From Podarcis pityusensis (lineage: Eukaryota), in the NCBI GenBank assembly GCA_964106645.2, contig OZ067045.1: DNA of 64,000 nt. One strand, written 5' to 3'. Positions 49,701 through 62,934 of the stretch are shown piece by piece. The number at the start of each line of letters is the position of its first letter. Position 1 is the stretch's first letter. The notes beneath the pieces are model-generated. The model did no database searches, was not told the origin of the DNA, and was given only the letters and a program-made list of their open reading frames with translations. The position numbers and the translations under genes are program-made.

Positions 49701-51628
49701 TGCTGCAATTTGTGCTGTTGTTTTTCAACCAACAGGCTAAGAACAACAACCACGAAATAACTCAGCAAGGATTTGCAGGGCTTGGCATCACTGGGGAGGA
49801 CAGTGGCATGCTTCGTATTAGCCTTTTTTGATCCTGCTCTGGCTGACTTCTTGGCTGAGGGAGTTGCCTAAATTGGAAAGATGAGTAAGGCAGGCAACGC
49901 CCCATGGCAATGGAAGAAAACAACCATCCAGTTGAACGACATGGAAACCTGGGAAGCAGCCGTATTCCGAGTTAGACCATTGGTCCATCTAGCTCAGTAT
50001 TGTGCACACTGACTGGCAGAATCTCTGCAGTGTTTCAGACAGGCTTCTGAAGATGCTGAGGGTTAAATTGAGGACCTTCCCCATGAATGGAGAACTTCAG
50101 CCCTCCAGATGTTGTTGAGCTACAACTCTTCTTACCCATGACCATGCTTCTTGGGGCTGATGGGAATGAGGAACATCTGGAGGGCCAAGGGTACCCCATG
50201 CCTAACCATCTTTGGACCACAACTCCCATAATCTCTAACCATGGACTAAGCTGTCTAAGGATAAAAGGAATTGTAGTTCAACTACAACCTACAGTTGAAG
50301 AACACTGGTCTACACTGACTGTGAGCCTCCAGGATTTCAGAGTGGTCCTGCTAGCTTTTTTACTGGGAATTTTAGAGATCCAATCTGAGATTTTAAGCAT
50401 GCAAATCATGTGATTTCCAAGGCTTAGAATGAAGTTCCCTGAACTAGTTACTGTATAAAACAAACACACCTTAAATTAGACCCCAAAGTGGTTTTCATAA
50501 TTCCCTGCTGAAGTAAATGTGAATTAAGTTTATTTTGGGGTAGAACTTAAAACAATTTCTAGTTCATATTCATCTCTCCCCACTACCACCCGCAATGCAG
50601 GAAGCCCAGAATATTTGCTTGCTCGCTTTTTTTAAAGGAAAAGCTTGGTATTTATAAAGAAAGTAAGAAAGCAAACGGTGAAGGCAATGTTCTATGGCTT
50701 CTTAGGCAGATACAATGGCATTGCTGCTGCTAAGGATACTTAGTCACTTAACCGCTTTTGCCAAGTAACTAAAAGGAAGGAATGTGAGGCATTTCCTGTG
50801 TTTTCTTTCTCCTTTCCAACAGGAGCATCTTGCCTCGAGAAGCACAAAAACAAAGTGACAGATGCCTTGGATGGCATAAATTCAGCCGGGTAAGGCTTTT
50901 CTTATATGGAAATACAATTATGGGGAAAACATCAGTGGATGACTTTCTGTCAGCCATCTTATTACTTATATGTGGGTCCAATTTTGGACCGTCTACTGAA
51001 GTGCAGCAGCTCATAATATTCTGAATTTTCTTCTTCTTCTTCTTTCATTTGGATGAATTTGGATGGAACCCGTTTGTTTTGTGAAAGAATGAACGTGAAC
51101 TGGAGCCAGTGGCTTTTCGGACAGGGGGAAGTTGAACTAGTTGCTTTTAAATCTGAATGACCCAAGCACTGGTGATTTCCATTTGAGCAATAATTATATA
51201 TCCAAGCCCATCATGGCTCTTCCAAGCTGTAGGGGCAGGTCCATTAAGGCAAAAGGGCCACTGCCCCATCAAAGTCTGGATTCCTCCAACTCCACCTGAC
51301 TTATTTACATCCAGTCCACGGTGAGGCCCTGACTGTCACCTTCCTCCACCTGAGTCTCAGGTGTTGTCCCTTGTAGAACTCGGCAAGGAGGAGGATGGGG
51401 ACAAAAGTACGACGAGTTGGTGCTGCCTGCTATTGGCTCTTACTCAGCCAATCGTTGGCTCCGGCTCCACCTACTTTTTGGGCTCCCGCCCCACTAGGGA
51501 ATAATCAGCAGTGGGGACAAATTGCGCCATGCTCCTCTTAGTGCAATGAGCTTCATCTCGGTTTACCCCAAGAAATTTCGAACCCCAAATAAAAGATGCT
51601 AGTCAGTATGAAAAGACACCTGCAGCAT

Positions 51629-51634
51629 TTTATT
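51629..51634 (-). terminator. Candidate SCNN1D poly(A) signal
   Basis: AATAAA on - about 2.2 kb past the stop, followed by GU/U-rich sequence. Confidence 0.5.
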
Positions 51635-53806
51635 ACAGAAAGATTACAAAACAACCAGTGCGGATTGCATAGTTTTGCTCTTTTTAACCTTCAAGAAGGC
51701 AAAGGGGTAGGGGGTGAGGACAAAATAGGAGCACAATAAATTATTAAGTTAAAGCCACAAAAAGAGGTCACTTTCCATAATTCTGCCCCCCTCTCCCTCT
51801 CATACGTGCACACACTCAAAATAAATTACAGTCAAATATTCTCCTTCAAAATGCATCTGCATCCAGCCATCATAGAATTCAACAGCAAGGCAGATGGATA
51901 TACAGTACATATTTCATTCATAGAAAATAATAGATAGAGAGATATCTACAGGAGTCTATCCAACACTAGCCATACTACTGAGGTTAATGGACACGACTAA
52001 TTTAGATTCATTAAATTCAATGGGTCTTCTCTGCACGGGGCTTAGTTGGACCCACAGTGATCCCAACAGTGTGGGGATAGATTCCAACTCCCCCTTGCTG
52101 AAACAATGCTACTTGGACTTATTCAGAGAGACATGTTTATCATTTGAGGACTAACACAGGCATAGCGGTGACCCCCAGCTCAGATTGCTCTGTGGGCGTG
52201 CAGTCTCAGAAAGGCTCAGGCAGGTAATTTGCCACTTGGCATGGCAAACTTCAAGTGATGAACAGGGATGACTGAACGACCCCTGAATGCATAAAGTGTG
52301 GTACAGCCCTGAGCTCTGGTGATCATCAATAAAGCTTTCTGGTACATGCAGACATCTATTTGCTATATAAAACTAAATATTTTATAGTTCAGGATTTCAG
52401 GATGTCCATTATGACAAAGCAATCTTCTGAATACAGTTGGAACATTTCTCTTTTTTTAAAATCAGGAAACCATTATGCAAAGGAGAAATCTGGCACATTT
52501 TGTGTAAAGCAAAAGTTCAATGTGCTTGCAAGTATATATCCGTTTACTTTAAAAAGAACAGCAGCCATTATGGACATGGTTGGATTTTGAGGTCTGAAGA
52601 GGGGCAATAGGTAAAGAAATCCATTTGAAAAGTTGATATTGGCTTCCAAATTTGCCAGTAAAATGTAATATTTAAAAGTGCCCTGTAACTAATTTCCTGA
52701 GTGAAGAACGGCCAATCAGAAGCTGTCGCACTGCCAGCCACTCAAAAGAGCTGACTTTGCATAGTGTTGTTCCTTTGCCACCCGAAGGGGGCGCTGTAAC
52801 CTGAGTACAGGCAGTTGCTAGGCTAGACACTGGGGGTTCTTGGGCACCTATCCTGCTCCATGCAAGCTACTGTTTTTCTTCTTCTCGTTCGAGAACTCAG
52901 CTTATAAACCCTGAACTTCACATTTTAACAGAGGCAGCACGCAATCATAATTAAAAACACGTTCCTTGCCACGGATTTCAGAGCTCAAACAGGAAAGAAC
53001 TACCTGTCAAACAGAAGAGGTACCGTGGGCATTACAATCAGCATGGTCAAGTATTCATTGCATCCCTCTGGGATGCCAGAGGCACTGTTAACACAGACGG
53101 AAGAGAACATAGCCTCATAAATGTTCGCTAGACACATTTTTTAATGTGTGGGCTGTTTAACATTTAACTCGGAGACACCTGTGAAATGTTGACAGTCCAG
53201 CCTCTTTGCCCAGGGATGCCCAGTTGAATCTGGTTCCCTCAGGAGAGCTTCAGCGGGAAGCTACGGTTGTGGCTTTTTATAGGGAACTGGATAACCGCCA
53301 GTCACTCTTTGGCTTTCCTCTTCCCTCAGATGAAAAAACGAAAATAAAAAAAATAGGCTTCTCTCATAAGGAGGCCACAGGTCAGTCATCTCTGAAAAGA
53401 ATACCGCAGAACAAATAACATGAGGGGGGAAAAGGGGTCTTCAAGTCAATCAAGGAACCAGTCAGAATGTAATCGTCAGTGTTTGCCTGGGCGAGGCTTC
53501 GTTCGGACACCTCCCTCATTAACGGAACGCGTTGCAAATCTGATCCCAAGTCCCGGGGTGGAAAACCTCGCTTCCCTGGGCTCCATCTTGTTTGCCACAG
53601 AACTGTCCGAGGAGGTTCAGAAGAGAAAAGTCACAGGCTCAGTCTCCTGTTGGAGGCTGGGCCCCATCAGTCCAGCACTTCTGAGCCAGCATTTCTGGGT
53701 CAGCAGTCACAACTGTACTGGCCACAATTCCCCACAAAAGCAGCTCTTCTTCAAAGGTATGAAGGTAGGTTTGGAGTTCTTCAAGATCCATTCTCTTTGG
53801 ACGCCA

Positions 53807-54202
53807 TTAGCTGTTGAGGTGCATATCTACGCTATGCTCTTTCCGGCGCTTGAATCCATTCAGCACCACACTTGGGTAGAGCTCAGGCATCTGGTATGTG
53901 CTATATTTTGTGTCTTGGCATGGGGTGCCAGTGCCATCACTGGCGTAAGGTTTTGTCACATCCTGGGTGCTGGCCAGGCCTTCCTCCACATAGCGGTACT
54001 TCTCCAAAGTCAAGCTTATGCTCGGGATGTTGGGGGGTCGAGACACCTTATGCGTCCTCTTGGCCGTGAACTGACGGTAGAGGAAGATGAGAGACAAGAT
54101 GGCGGCATCCACGAGGAACTCCAGCAGCTCCACCACTGACAGCACCGATGACCCAAACCAGAGACTCCAGTTGCTTCCCATGTTGGACATCATCTGGGAT
54201 TC
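53807..54202 (-). CDS. SCNN1D: SCNN1D last coding exon (TM2 SNMGSNWSLWFGSSVLSVVE and cytoplasmic tail)
   Basis: cctag|GAA acceptor; ENaC pore helix; no PPPxY motif; convergent neighbourhood with ACAP3 matches the human SCNN1D-ACAP3 synteny. Confidence 0.92.
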   Translation of the reverse strand, partial: ESQMMSNMGSNWSLWFGSSVLSVVELLEFLVDAAILSLIFLYRQFTAKRTHKVSRPPNIPSISLTLEKYRYVEEGLASTQDVTKPYASDGTGTPCQDTKYSTYQMPELYPSVVLNGFKRRKEHSVDMHLNS

Positions 54203-54364
54203 CTAGGGAAAACATAGATTAGACATCTGATTAGACCAGAGGCGGGGAGTCCTTTGCAGAGTGAGGGCCACATAGCCTTCTGGGGAGCCGCATGCCAGTG
54301 GTGGGAGGACCAGAGGCATAAATGGGTGTAGCAACAAACGTCAGTTTTACTCTTTGTACAAGTA

Positions 54365-54595
54365 CAGTGGTACCTCGGGTTACATACGCTTCAGGTTACG
54401 TACGCTTCAGGTTACAGACTCCGCTAACCCAGAAATAGTACCTCGGGTTAAGAACATTGCTTCAGGATGAGAACAGAAATCGTGCAGCGGCAGCAGGAGG
54501 CCCCATTAGCCAAAGTGGTGCTTCAGGTTAAGAACTGTTTCAGGTTAAGTACGGACCTCCGGAACGAATTAAGTACTTAACCTGAGGTACCACTG
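54365..54595. mobile_element. Tc1/mariner-type MITE (same family as 3815-4056)
   Basis: TIRs and TA TSD. Confidence 0.85.
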
Positions 54596-55671
54596 TAGAC
54601 TAGTTTCTACACACACCCCGGAACCTCTCTCAATCCTCCTTCCAGGAAAGCAAGAGACGGGATCAGAGTTCAAGGACACATTCCACCCAGGCCAAAGCAC
54701 TTGGGGAGAGTGTAAAGTAGGGCTGGGGAAGGGAGTGGCCTGGGAAGAGTTCCTAGGGCCAGATGGAGAGGCCTGGGGGGCCACACTTGGCCCCTGGACT
54801 TTAGCTGCCCCAGCCCTATGTTAGACTCTATATGTTGCAGCCAACATTACCGTAATTTCCCACATGGAGTCAACCCATCAAAGTTTATGGATCTAACTTA
54901 GTCATGGCCATTAATTTTTGTGCATCTACTCTGAGTATGACTTAGATGGATAGAATGTGTTTCTCTTCCGCAAATATCTTCGTTTACCTGCCGAGTTGTC
55001 CTTTCTTTCTGTTCCTAGTTTTATTTCATTTGTAATTGCTGCTTGTCTTCCTTACGGATTTGTTTGCGGAAGGGCAACTTTATGTGGCCTCTGCTATCAG
55101 TTTCAAAGAACTTATAAAGGCTAAGAACATTATGTGTGTTTTTTCTCTCCTCCCTCCTAATCTCATTTCCCCTTCTGTTGTAATTTTTAGATTCTAAGAC
55201 AGGGGAGTGGCGTCTAATTCCTGATCATTCTAAGGTGCTCCGGGAGAATTTGTTTAGCTGAAGAACAAGATGCAAATAGAAATGAATTCCTTTCTTTGGT
55301 AATAGTTGTTTCAAACTGCTGTTTAAGTTGGGTTGGATCCAAGTTGACAGCATAATTCTCTGCATGCTTGTTCACTAGCACAGTAATTGGGTTCAATGGG
55401 ACTTACTTCCAGGTAAGCATGAATATTATGGCTGCCTATTGTTAGCTGCAGCTGCTTGCCATGGAAACCAGTGGTAATTAACTCATGAGGAAGGTGGTGA
55501 TCCAAACCCCACTTACCTGGGAGTATGCCCCAATGAATTCAAGAGGACTTACTTCTGAGTAGATACTTGGTAGCAGTCACTTAGCTATACTCAGAGTAAA
55601 CCCATTTCAAGTGAATGAACATGACTAACTGAAGTTAATGTGGGCCGAATAAACACACAACTTCAACTTAC

Positions 55672-55747
55672 TGTATATTCAGGAGATTCATCCCAAGAAT
55701 TGTAGTTTAGTCGCTCGTAGTAAATGTTCACCTTGGCAATATCTTTT
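55672..55747 (-). CDS. SCNN1D: SCNN1D exon (KDIAKVNIYYERLNYNSWDESPEYT)
   Basis: 76 nt; ENaC AKxNIxxxxLNY...ESP motif. Confidence 0.92.
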
Positions 55748-56493
55748 CTGAAACTGAGGAAAGAGAGTGTCGAGATCAAGTTAGTCCAGTGTAAATTTGT
55801 CCGTCCCCCCCCAATACATTTTATTACAGTTTGAAAGAAAATACATGAAGGTTAATATCAAATACACAGGATCATTTTATCAAAGTTTTTTTTTAAAAAA
55901 AACATAATTAAATAAAAACAAACCAAAATGAAGAAAAGAAATAAGAAAAGGGGGAAGAAAAAAGCAAGAGGAGGAGGAGGAAAAAAGAGAACTTCAAATT
56001 CTCCATCTGTCAGCTATGTATAAACAATTACCCAAAACATCCACTCCAAGATAACTGTCCAGTGTAAATTTGATTGCGGGAACTTTTGACAAAATTGCGG
56101 AGAGACACTGCCAGTCAGTGTAGGCAGCACTGAGTTAGGTGGACCAAACAACCTCACTCTGTGTGTTCCTTTGCTCCAGATGGTTGAGGACCTTTTGTTA
56201 AAATGCAAACTGAACTGGTACAGTCAGAAGCAAGGACCAGTGAATGCCACAGTTCACCCTCCCCATCTAACTATGCACAGGACTACAGTTGGACTGAACA
56301 AAATAAATTTGGTATAATGCCATGTAAGTGGACTTTCCTTGAGGCTACAGCTCCTACTCTTCAAAATTTAGCACTTCACCATAGATGCCAGTTCTGAAGA
56401 CAGTTGCCAAATAATCTTGCATTTATGGTGAAAGAGAAGGACTTGAAGGCAGCAGCAGCAGCACCCCCCAGTAGAAAATATAACGTGACTAAC

Positions 56494-56549
56494 CTGTCGC
56501 CGGTGACATTGTATCTGTTCTGGGCTTCCAAAGCTTTGTGAATCCATGT
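56494..56549 (-). CDS. SCNN1D: SCNN1D exon (TWIHKALEAQNRYNVTGDR)
   Basis: 56 nt, tttag|ACA acceptor, AG|gttagt donor; phase fits neighbours. Confidence 0.88.
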
Positions 56550-57210
56550 CTAAAAAGGAAGACACAGGAACAGGGTTCAAAATCTGGAAGCAGACGCAGC
56601 AGATGGTTCAAGTGGCATTGTGCCAGGGATGGCATAGGGGAGCTGCCAGCTGTCCAAAATATCAGCCAGGCTTGCTCTTGGGTTCGTAACGGAAGCTTGC
56701 TTTGCAGTGGAGCTTAACATGCCATTGGGATAAAAATGACCACCTATGAAGGCCTTTGGGTCAAGCTGCTGTTAAAGGCAGGGAAGCACTGTGCAGTAGA
56801 GTAGTTGGCAAATTGTAATAATAAAAACCGATACATACAAGCAAGGCTGAAGTAATGCGACTATCAAGTTTTAAAAAATATATTGAACATTCAAAACTTT
56901 TTTGTTTGCACTTAGAAGTTTCATCAATATGCTTAATATATTTTCTTTGCTCTCATTTTTTAAAAAAAGGGAATTTGACATCACTATGGAGGACCTGTTG
57001 CACCCTATCAGATGTTTAAGGAGGCAGAAGAAACAGTTAAATTCTCCTCCTTTTAGGAACACACACCATAGGTGACTGGCTCCCTGATTGGTTGCATGTT
57101 CACTGCAGCAGGCTCCCTGATTGGTAAGTGACTATCATTAGCCAGCTTGGGAGAACATTGAAAATTTAGCATCCTCCTCCACTCTGAACTCCACATAGGT
57201 TATACTTTAC

Positions 57211-57268
57211 CTTAGATTTGTTTGAGGGCCACTTTGCATATCCTGCTGAAAGTTTGTACCAAGTCTCT
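57211..57268 (-). CDS. SCNN1D: SCNN1D exon (ETWYKLSAGYAKWPSNKSK)
   Basis: 58 nt; ENaC YxLSxxxxxWPS motif. Confidence 0.92.
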
Positions 57269-58087
57269 CTGCCAAGAAGACAAGAATGTAAAAAGGTTAC
57301 GAGGAACCCTGCTGCATCAGAACAAAAGCTACAGTGAACATTTTATGGTCCCGTCTCCTTTTCTATACTTTGAGATGTGGCGGCCATTTTATGTCATGTC
57401 ACACCCCCATGGCAGCCAGTTGGTGACTGGAACCCACAGTACGTTCTCAACATTCCCAAAGTGTCCACTAGCCTGAAAAGGCTGTAATGCCTGGATACCC
57501 GTATGCATCCTAGAGTGATCTACATGCAGGTCGCACTTACTGAACACAACGTGTTCCCTGGAAATTGTTCGTTAGGCGACCATTCAGCTAACAAGATGAC
57601 GGTTTCCATTATTTCCTATGTGAACATTTCTGATCCATGATTTTCCTCCCCCCTCCCACCATGGTTTCTTCCTTAAATTGCTGCAGCCAACCAGCAAGGG
57701 AGAGACAAAGGAAAAACTGGTTTGTTCGAACTCTCCTGCTCTGCCCTGATTTATCCAATCTCTCTCCCCATTCCTTTTCTCCATGGTTTCTGCCTGAAAA
57801 TGGTTGCCGCTGACCAGCAAAGCATAAACAAGTATGGAAGTGGGCAGACTCTGGCTGTTTAGATATCTGAATCAGCTGAGCATATAGCAAGGTTTGGGCA
57901 ATTTTTTTTGTGTTTGGATAAGTGAATCTTCGCATAACAAGCAGACCAATAGTGGGACCTGCATGTATGGCTCAAAAAAGAATGAGGAGAGGAGGTAGTG
58001 GGCCAGTCAATGAAAAGGCACATATCTGGTCCATGCTAAGCTTGACCCTGCTACCATTCGAATGCGTCAAATGCCTTTGCTACTCAC

Positions 58088-58178
58088 TTGCATGGTCTGT
58101 GGCATTTGTCAAAACAGGATTCAGTATGAGTGGCATCCTGATTGTACATGCGATTGTACAGGAGATAGAAGCAATGAC
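58088..58178 (-). CDS. SCNN1D: SCNN1D exon (GHCFYLLYNRMYNQDATHTESCFDKCHRPCK)
   Basis: 91 nt, tgtag|GT acceptor, AA|gtgagt donor; conserved thumb cysteines. Confidence 0.9.
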
Positions 58179-58890
58179 CTACAGGAGGGGAAAAATAAGA
58201 GGAACAAGTTCAATAGGATACAGCTGCCACAGGCAAATAATTGAGGACAGCCCTGTTCTGCCATCATGAAGGGTCCTTGTCCAAACCAACCCCCAACATG
58301 GTCTGATCAACATTTCCAGTTTGCAGCTGAACTTAGTTTGAGTGGTACTTCCTGCTTCAAATTGAACCCACTTTCATCAGCACTTCCTGTTTCCAATTTA
58401 GCAGTTTGGCTGTCACTTCCTGTTTTCAGCTGAATACAGTTTGATCAGCACTTCCTTCTCCTAACTGAACATGCTTTGCTTGAATGATGTAGGGAGAATC
58501 CCAAGGACCAGACTGTGAAAGGCCACATCTAGACCCTGGGCCTGTAATTCCCTACCCCTGAGTCGGCTCATACAAAGTATTCACATTATGTGTCCTCTTT
58601 GGTGTTCTCTCTCTCTCTGTCTGTCTTGTTGTATAAGCATCCACTCTAGTTCAGTATGCCAGGAGGTAGCCAACATAGTGCCCCCCCAATTTTGTTGGAA
58701 CTCCCATCAGCCCCAGCCAATGTGGCCAATGTACAAGAATGATGGGAGCTGGAGTCTAGCAACGTTTGCAGGCACCACATTGGCTGTCATGGGGGAACAG
58801 CTGGCCAGGCTACATATAGACTCTTTGCCATTGGCCAGATCAAGTCATTCTGAACACATTTAACCACGTGTGTGTGTGGCTTCTCCTTAC

Positions 58891-59008
58891 CCCAATTACG
58901 ATGCTTGTTATAGTTGCAGTACTCCGTTCCTGGAGGCAGTGGGTAGTAATAGTACCCACAACCACAGTCTTCAATCATTTTCCTCTGGAAACATGAATGC
59001 AAGCAAGC
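58891..59008 (-). CDS. SCNN1D: SCNN1D exon ([39 protein letters not shown]; Cys-rich thumb)
   Basis: 118 nt; ENaC/ASIC family signature CxxSCFQxxMxxxCGC. Confidence 0.95.
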
Positions 59009-59607
59009 CTGTGGGGCAGTGAAATGGGGTGGGGAGACAGAACAAAACAGAAAGTGCTGTAAGTTAAATTTCTCTGGTGCCTCAAGCCTTTTGCTTCAGA
59101 TCCACTAGTGGGGTAGATAGGTGTTAATTTAATGGGAAGGGCTATCCCAATTGATTCTGCCACCCACGGTGAAGGAGAAGAGCCAAACCCACCATTGCAA
59201 AGCAATTCCCCCCAACAGAATGCATGCTTGCTTGGCATTTGCAACAACACATGCGTGCTTATGGAAACTTTGCCTCTGTACACACATCTTTGCACACATT
59301 ACTTGGCTGGAGAATTGCACTGCACAATTTGGAATGGGGCAAATTCTGAAGGATGCTTGCTTTTTCAGCTTACCTCGTCAGTTCAAAAACTGCAAAAAAA
59401 ACTAGGTAGGTTTGCCTTAAGATCGAAACCAGAATCAAATTTCTCCCCTCTCTTCTTTAGCCTGAATTTCACACCCTGGTTTGAATTAACTAGGCAGATC
59501 TTTGGTTGTTCTAATTATTTGAGTGATCCAACACATGAGAAGGGGCAGGATCTTAAGAAGGCAGAAACGAATAAAGTGGGAAAACAAAGGCTCTGTTTCA
59601 GCTGTAC

Positions 59608-59706
59608 CTGCTGCGTGTATGTGCTGTTGTATATGAGCTTGACAGCTACATCATCGCCGTCCTTTGTACATGTGCCATAATTTCCGCCTAAGCGAGTTAC
59701 CTCGTC
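59608..59706 (-). CDS. SCNN1D: SCNN1D exon (DEVTRLGGNYGTCTKDGDDVAVKLIYNSTYTQQ)
   Basis: 99 nt, phase 0-0, GT-AG. Confidence 0.93.
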
Positions 59707-60389
59707 CTGCGTAGTTGGAGGGAGGAAACAGCATATCACTTGGAGTTTAGCATACAGGCCAGAATCAATTCAACATAAAGAAGCTAAACCTGGAAGAATC
59801 TCTCCCCTCTCCACCACTAAAGCAACATCAGCCCCACAGGAGGCCCTTGCAATTGCCTGTCGCCAGTTATTGAAAGTCAACTGTCTGGTGGTGGCTGGTG
59901 CCCAGCAGGTTTGGTGGGGTGGAACTCGGAGAGCCCAAACATTTTGACATTCCCCCAAATTGGGATTGCAACAAAAAACCCATTTGGAATGCCAGTTCAA
60001 AACATCAGGGATGGGGAGGAGAGGACCTTTTTTCAGAGTGACAGTTGCATTCATTCTGGGCAAACTTCTGGGGGCGGGGACAAAGCTAATAGGGGGCGTG
60101 GCATGGGATGTAAGGTTTACTTTCGCTAGTTTATATACACATTTACACAAACCCCACTCTATGCGCCATCCAGGCAGGTAAGAGACACTACCAGAGTTCA
60201 AGGGTGCATTTAGCCAGGTAAAAGCAGGGATGTGAATCAGGGTGAGGGGTGTGTGGCCTGGGAAGAGAGTGCCAAGGGCCAGATCAGAAGGAATTTGGCT
60301 CCCGGGCCTGAGGTTCCCAACCGCTGATTAAAACACTTTTACCCTGCTCTGCCTCCAGCCAGAAAGCCTCCCAGACACCCCGCCACCCC

Positions 60390-60825
60390 ACATTTCTTAG
60401 TACAAAAGTATTGATCTGATGTGTAGAGATCTTCCCTGTTCTGCTTAGGTCAAGAGTGTTCTGGAAGGTTTCTTTCTATGTGAAAGAAACAGGCAGAAGG
60501 TTCTTGTTTGGGTTATTCCTTCTGAGAAGCTGAGTACAGCTGGTTGAAACTGGTTCTGTTATCCTTTCTGTCAAGGTCATGCTGACTCTATCTCTTTGTT
60601 CTGGTGTGGCGTTCTGTACGGTTAGTGTTATGGTTCAGCCTTATTATAAGTTCTTGTTAAGTTTAAGTTAAGTCTGCTGCAACTGGATTTCTTATGGACA
60701 GTGCCAATTCTGAATGTATTGGATTTGTGACCATTATGCTCATTTGCCTTCCGGAGCAGTAAAGCTCTGTTGGATGAAGTACAATTGCCTCTGGTCTATT
60801 TTGGGGAACTCTGCAACGTGTTTAG
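60390..60825 (+). mobile_element. Solo LTR-like repeat (copy 2) in a SCNN1D intron
   Basis: clear similarity to the reverse complement of 45697-46190. Confidence 0.6.
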
Positions 60826-60897
60826 GTTTTTTCCTCCTCCACACACAACACATGCCAAGGTTTTTCCTGTTGCCCATTCAGACCCCCCGGTGCTCAC

Positions 60898-61061
60898 CTG
60901 TGTGATCCCAATGGTGGTTTGAATCCCCGGCCGAATATCAAACCCCTCGTGCTCTAAGAACGCGGTCTGGTTGTGGCTGTGGATCATCACCCTCACGCCC
61001 GCCTTGGTGGACAGCAGCGGGATGTGGTCCTTTTGCTCCACTTTGAGGATAAGGGAGAGAC
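60898..61061 (-). CDS. SCNN1D: SCNN1D exon (GLSLILKVEQKDHIPLLSTKAGVRVMIHSHNQTAFLEHEGFDIRPGIQTTIGITQ)
   Basis: 164 nt, GT-AG; alpha/delta ENaC-type extracellular beta-strand sequence. Confidence 0.93.
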
Positions 61062-62934
61062 CTGGCACCAAACAAACACAAGAAGGTAAGAAGGACCTGC
61101 TGGATGGGGCCAATGGCCCTCCGAGGAAAAAGCAGAGGGATTCGTCGTCAAAGCACAGCTCCGTCCAAGCAGGAAGTGACATCAGTCAGTTGCTAAACAG
61201 GAAATGGCATCAGCGTGTGGCCAAAGCTCTTTTTATTGCACATGCCCCTCAAGGATTGCTCTGATGGTGGGAGGGGGCCGAACCCTGTTCAAAATTTCCA
61301 CCTACATAGTTGGCCTCTGAGGTAACAATGAGCAGCTGTGGAAGCAACGGCTGCCCACACGAGAGAGCAATCGCTTCTGTGTTGCTCACTATGATGTCAG
61401 AGACACCCTCATGGGCACAAGACCTCACATATATCATCATCGCTAATGTGTAGGAATGACTCAGGGCCAGCCCAAGACATTTTGCCGTCTGAGGCAAAGG
61501 ATAAGATGATGCACTCCATATGCAGAAGACCGCTGGGCTAGCAGTTGAAGTTTACATTGGTGATGACAGGGAAGCTTTCCCCAACACACCTGAAGGCAGT
61601 TACATAAGAAGCTGCCTTATACAGAGTCAGACCTTTGATCTAGCTAGCTAGCTCAATATTGTCTATTAGCTTAAGAGCTCCAGAGACCATTTATTTCAGT
61701 GCGCATTTAAATTGCTGGTGTTTTCTCGCCCTGCCCTTTAGATCACACATTTGAATTGTTTTACAGTTGGTATTGTGTATTGTTTTAAAGTACTAAAATC
61801 CTCGATTTATGATAGCTCAGTTGCCTTCGTATATTCAGCTTATCCTACAGGGTGATCCACAGTTAAACTATGGAAATCGTTGAAAGAGTGATAGGCACCA
61901 ACTTGGATGGTATCAAAAGATTGGAGAGATTCGTAGAGGAAAAGACTATCAACAGTTATTAGCCACGATGGCTATGCTCTGCCTCCACAGTTAGATGGGC
62001 CACTGGCCTGATCCAGAAGGCTCTTAGTATGTTATAGGGTGACCCCACCTTCTCCTCATTCTGCCCCCCTGAGCTGCCATTCTGGGCCTAGATCCATTGG
62101 GTGTACCTTGCCCTGGCAGCAAAAATCAAACTAGGCCCTGTCAGCTTGAAGTCTGCCTGCCTGCCTGCCATCTTAAAATTTGGTATTGCTCTTCTGTTGA
62201 GAAAGCTATAACAATGAAAACCAGAACACAGTTTTGCTGTTTTACAAATATCTCTTCCTTTAGCTCCCCTCAGGGTCATCTATTGTTTGACCCTGCCCGC
62301 ATTCCCTCCCTGACCTTTCCCCTTAGGAACAGCACATTATGGGAGAGAGGTTAAGCTTTTATACCTGGGTCATTTTCTTGATAAAAACCACTCCTCAGAT
62401 CTGCTATTTGCAGCAATTTTGCGGGGAGGGGACATAAAGGTGCCCATATGATACCCGTATATTGTCCCTCTGCTGGGCAAATAGCAGCTTCAAAGGTTAT
62501 TTTAATCAGGCAAATGACCCTACTGGAAAGGGTTAACCCACCCATTTTCCAGTGTCACAGCCCTGATCTGATTTGGGACATAACTGGGTCTAACGACACA
62601 CTCTGAAGACAGTAATAAAACAGCAGGTTATGTATGCTGGAAAACAAATGCACACCCAGCCAAAGTGACAGCTACCCCTTCCCTCACAGAAACCTCTGAC
62701 TGTGAAAATTCCGTTTCTGATAATTTTTCCCTCTTGGTTCACAGCATGTACTTTGACTGATTCACCAGCTGAACCAAACTGTGTCTGATCTTCATTGCCT
62801 GAACATCTAGATTTATCTCTATAGTTTAAAGCAACACGTCTGTGGAACATAATGAGCTCTGTACACAGCCTAACCCTTGCAAGCGACCAATAGTCACACT
62901 TATCTGCCTGCACATTCTTTTTCTCCGTTCTTAC

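Noticed and set aside
39550-51500. Additional PLA2 paralogs or pseudogenes upstream of the sPLA2
   Set aside because: No further YGCxCG, CCxxHDxCY or CxCD exons seen by eye on either strand; a tBLASTn would be needed to exclude decayed copies
53420-54139. 239-aa plus-strand ORF
   Set aside because: Antisense shadow of the SCNN1D last exon and UTR
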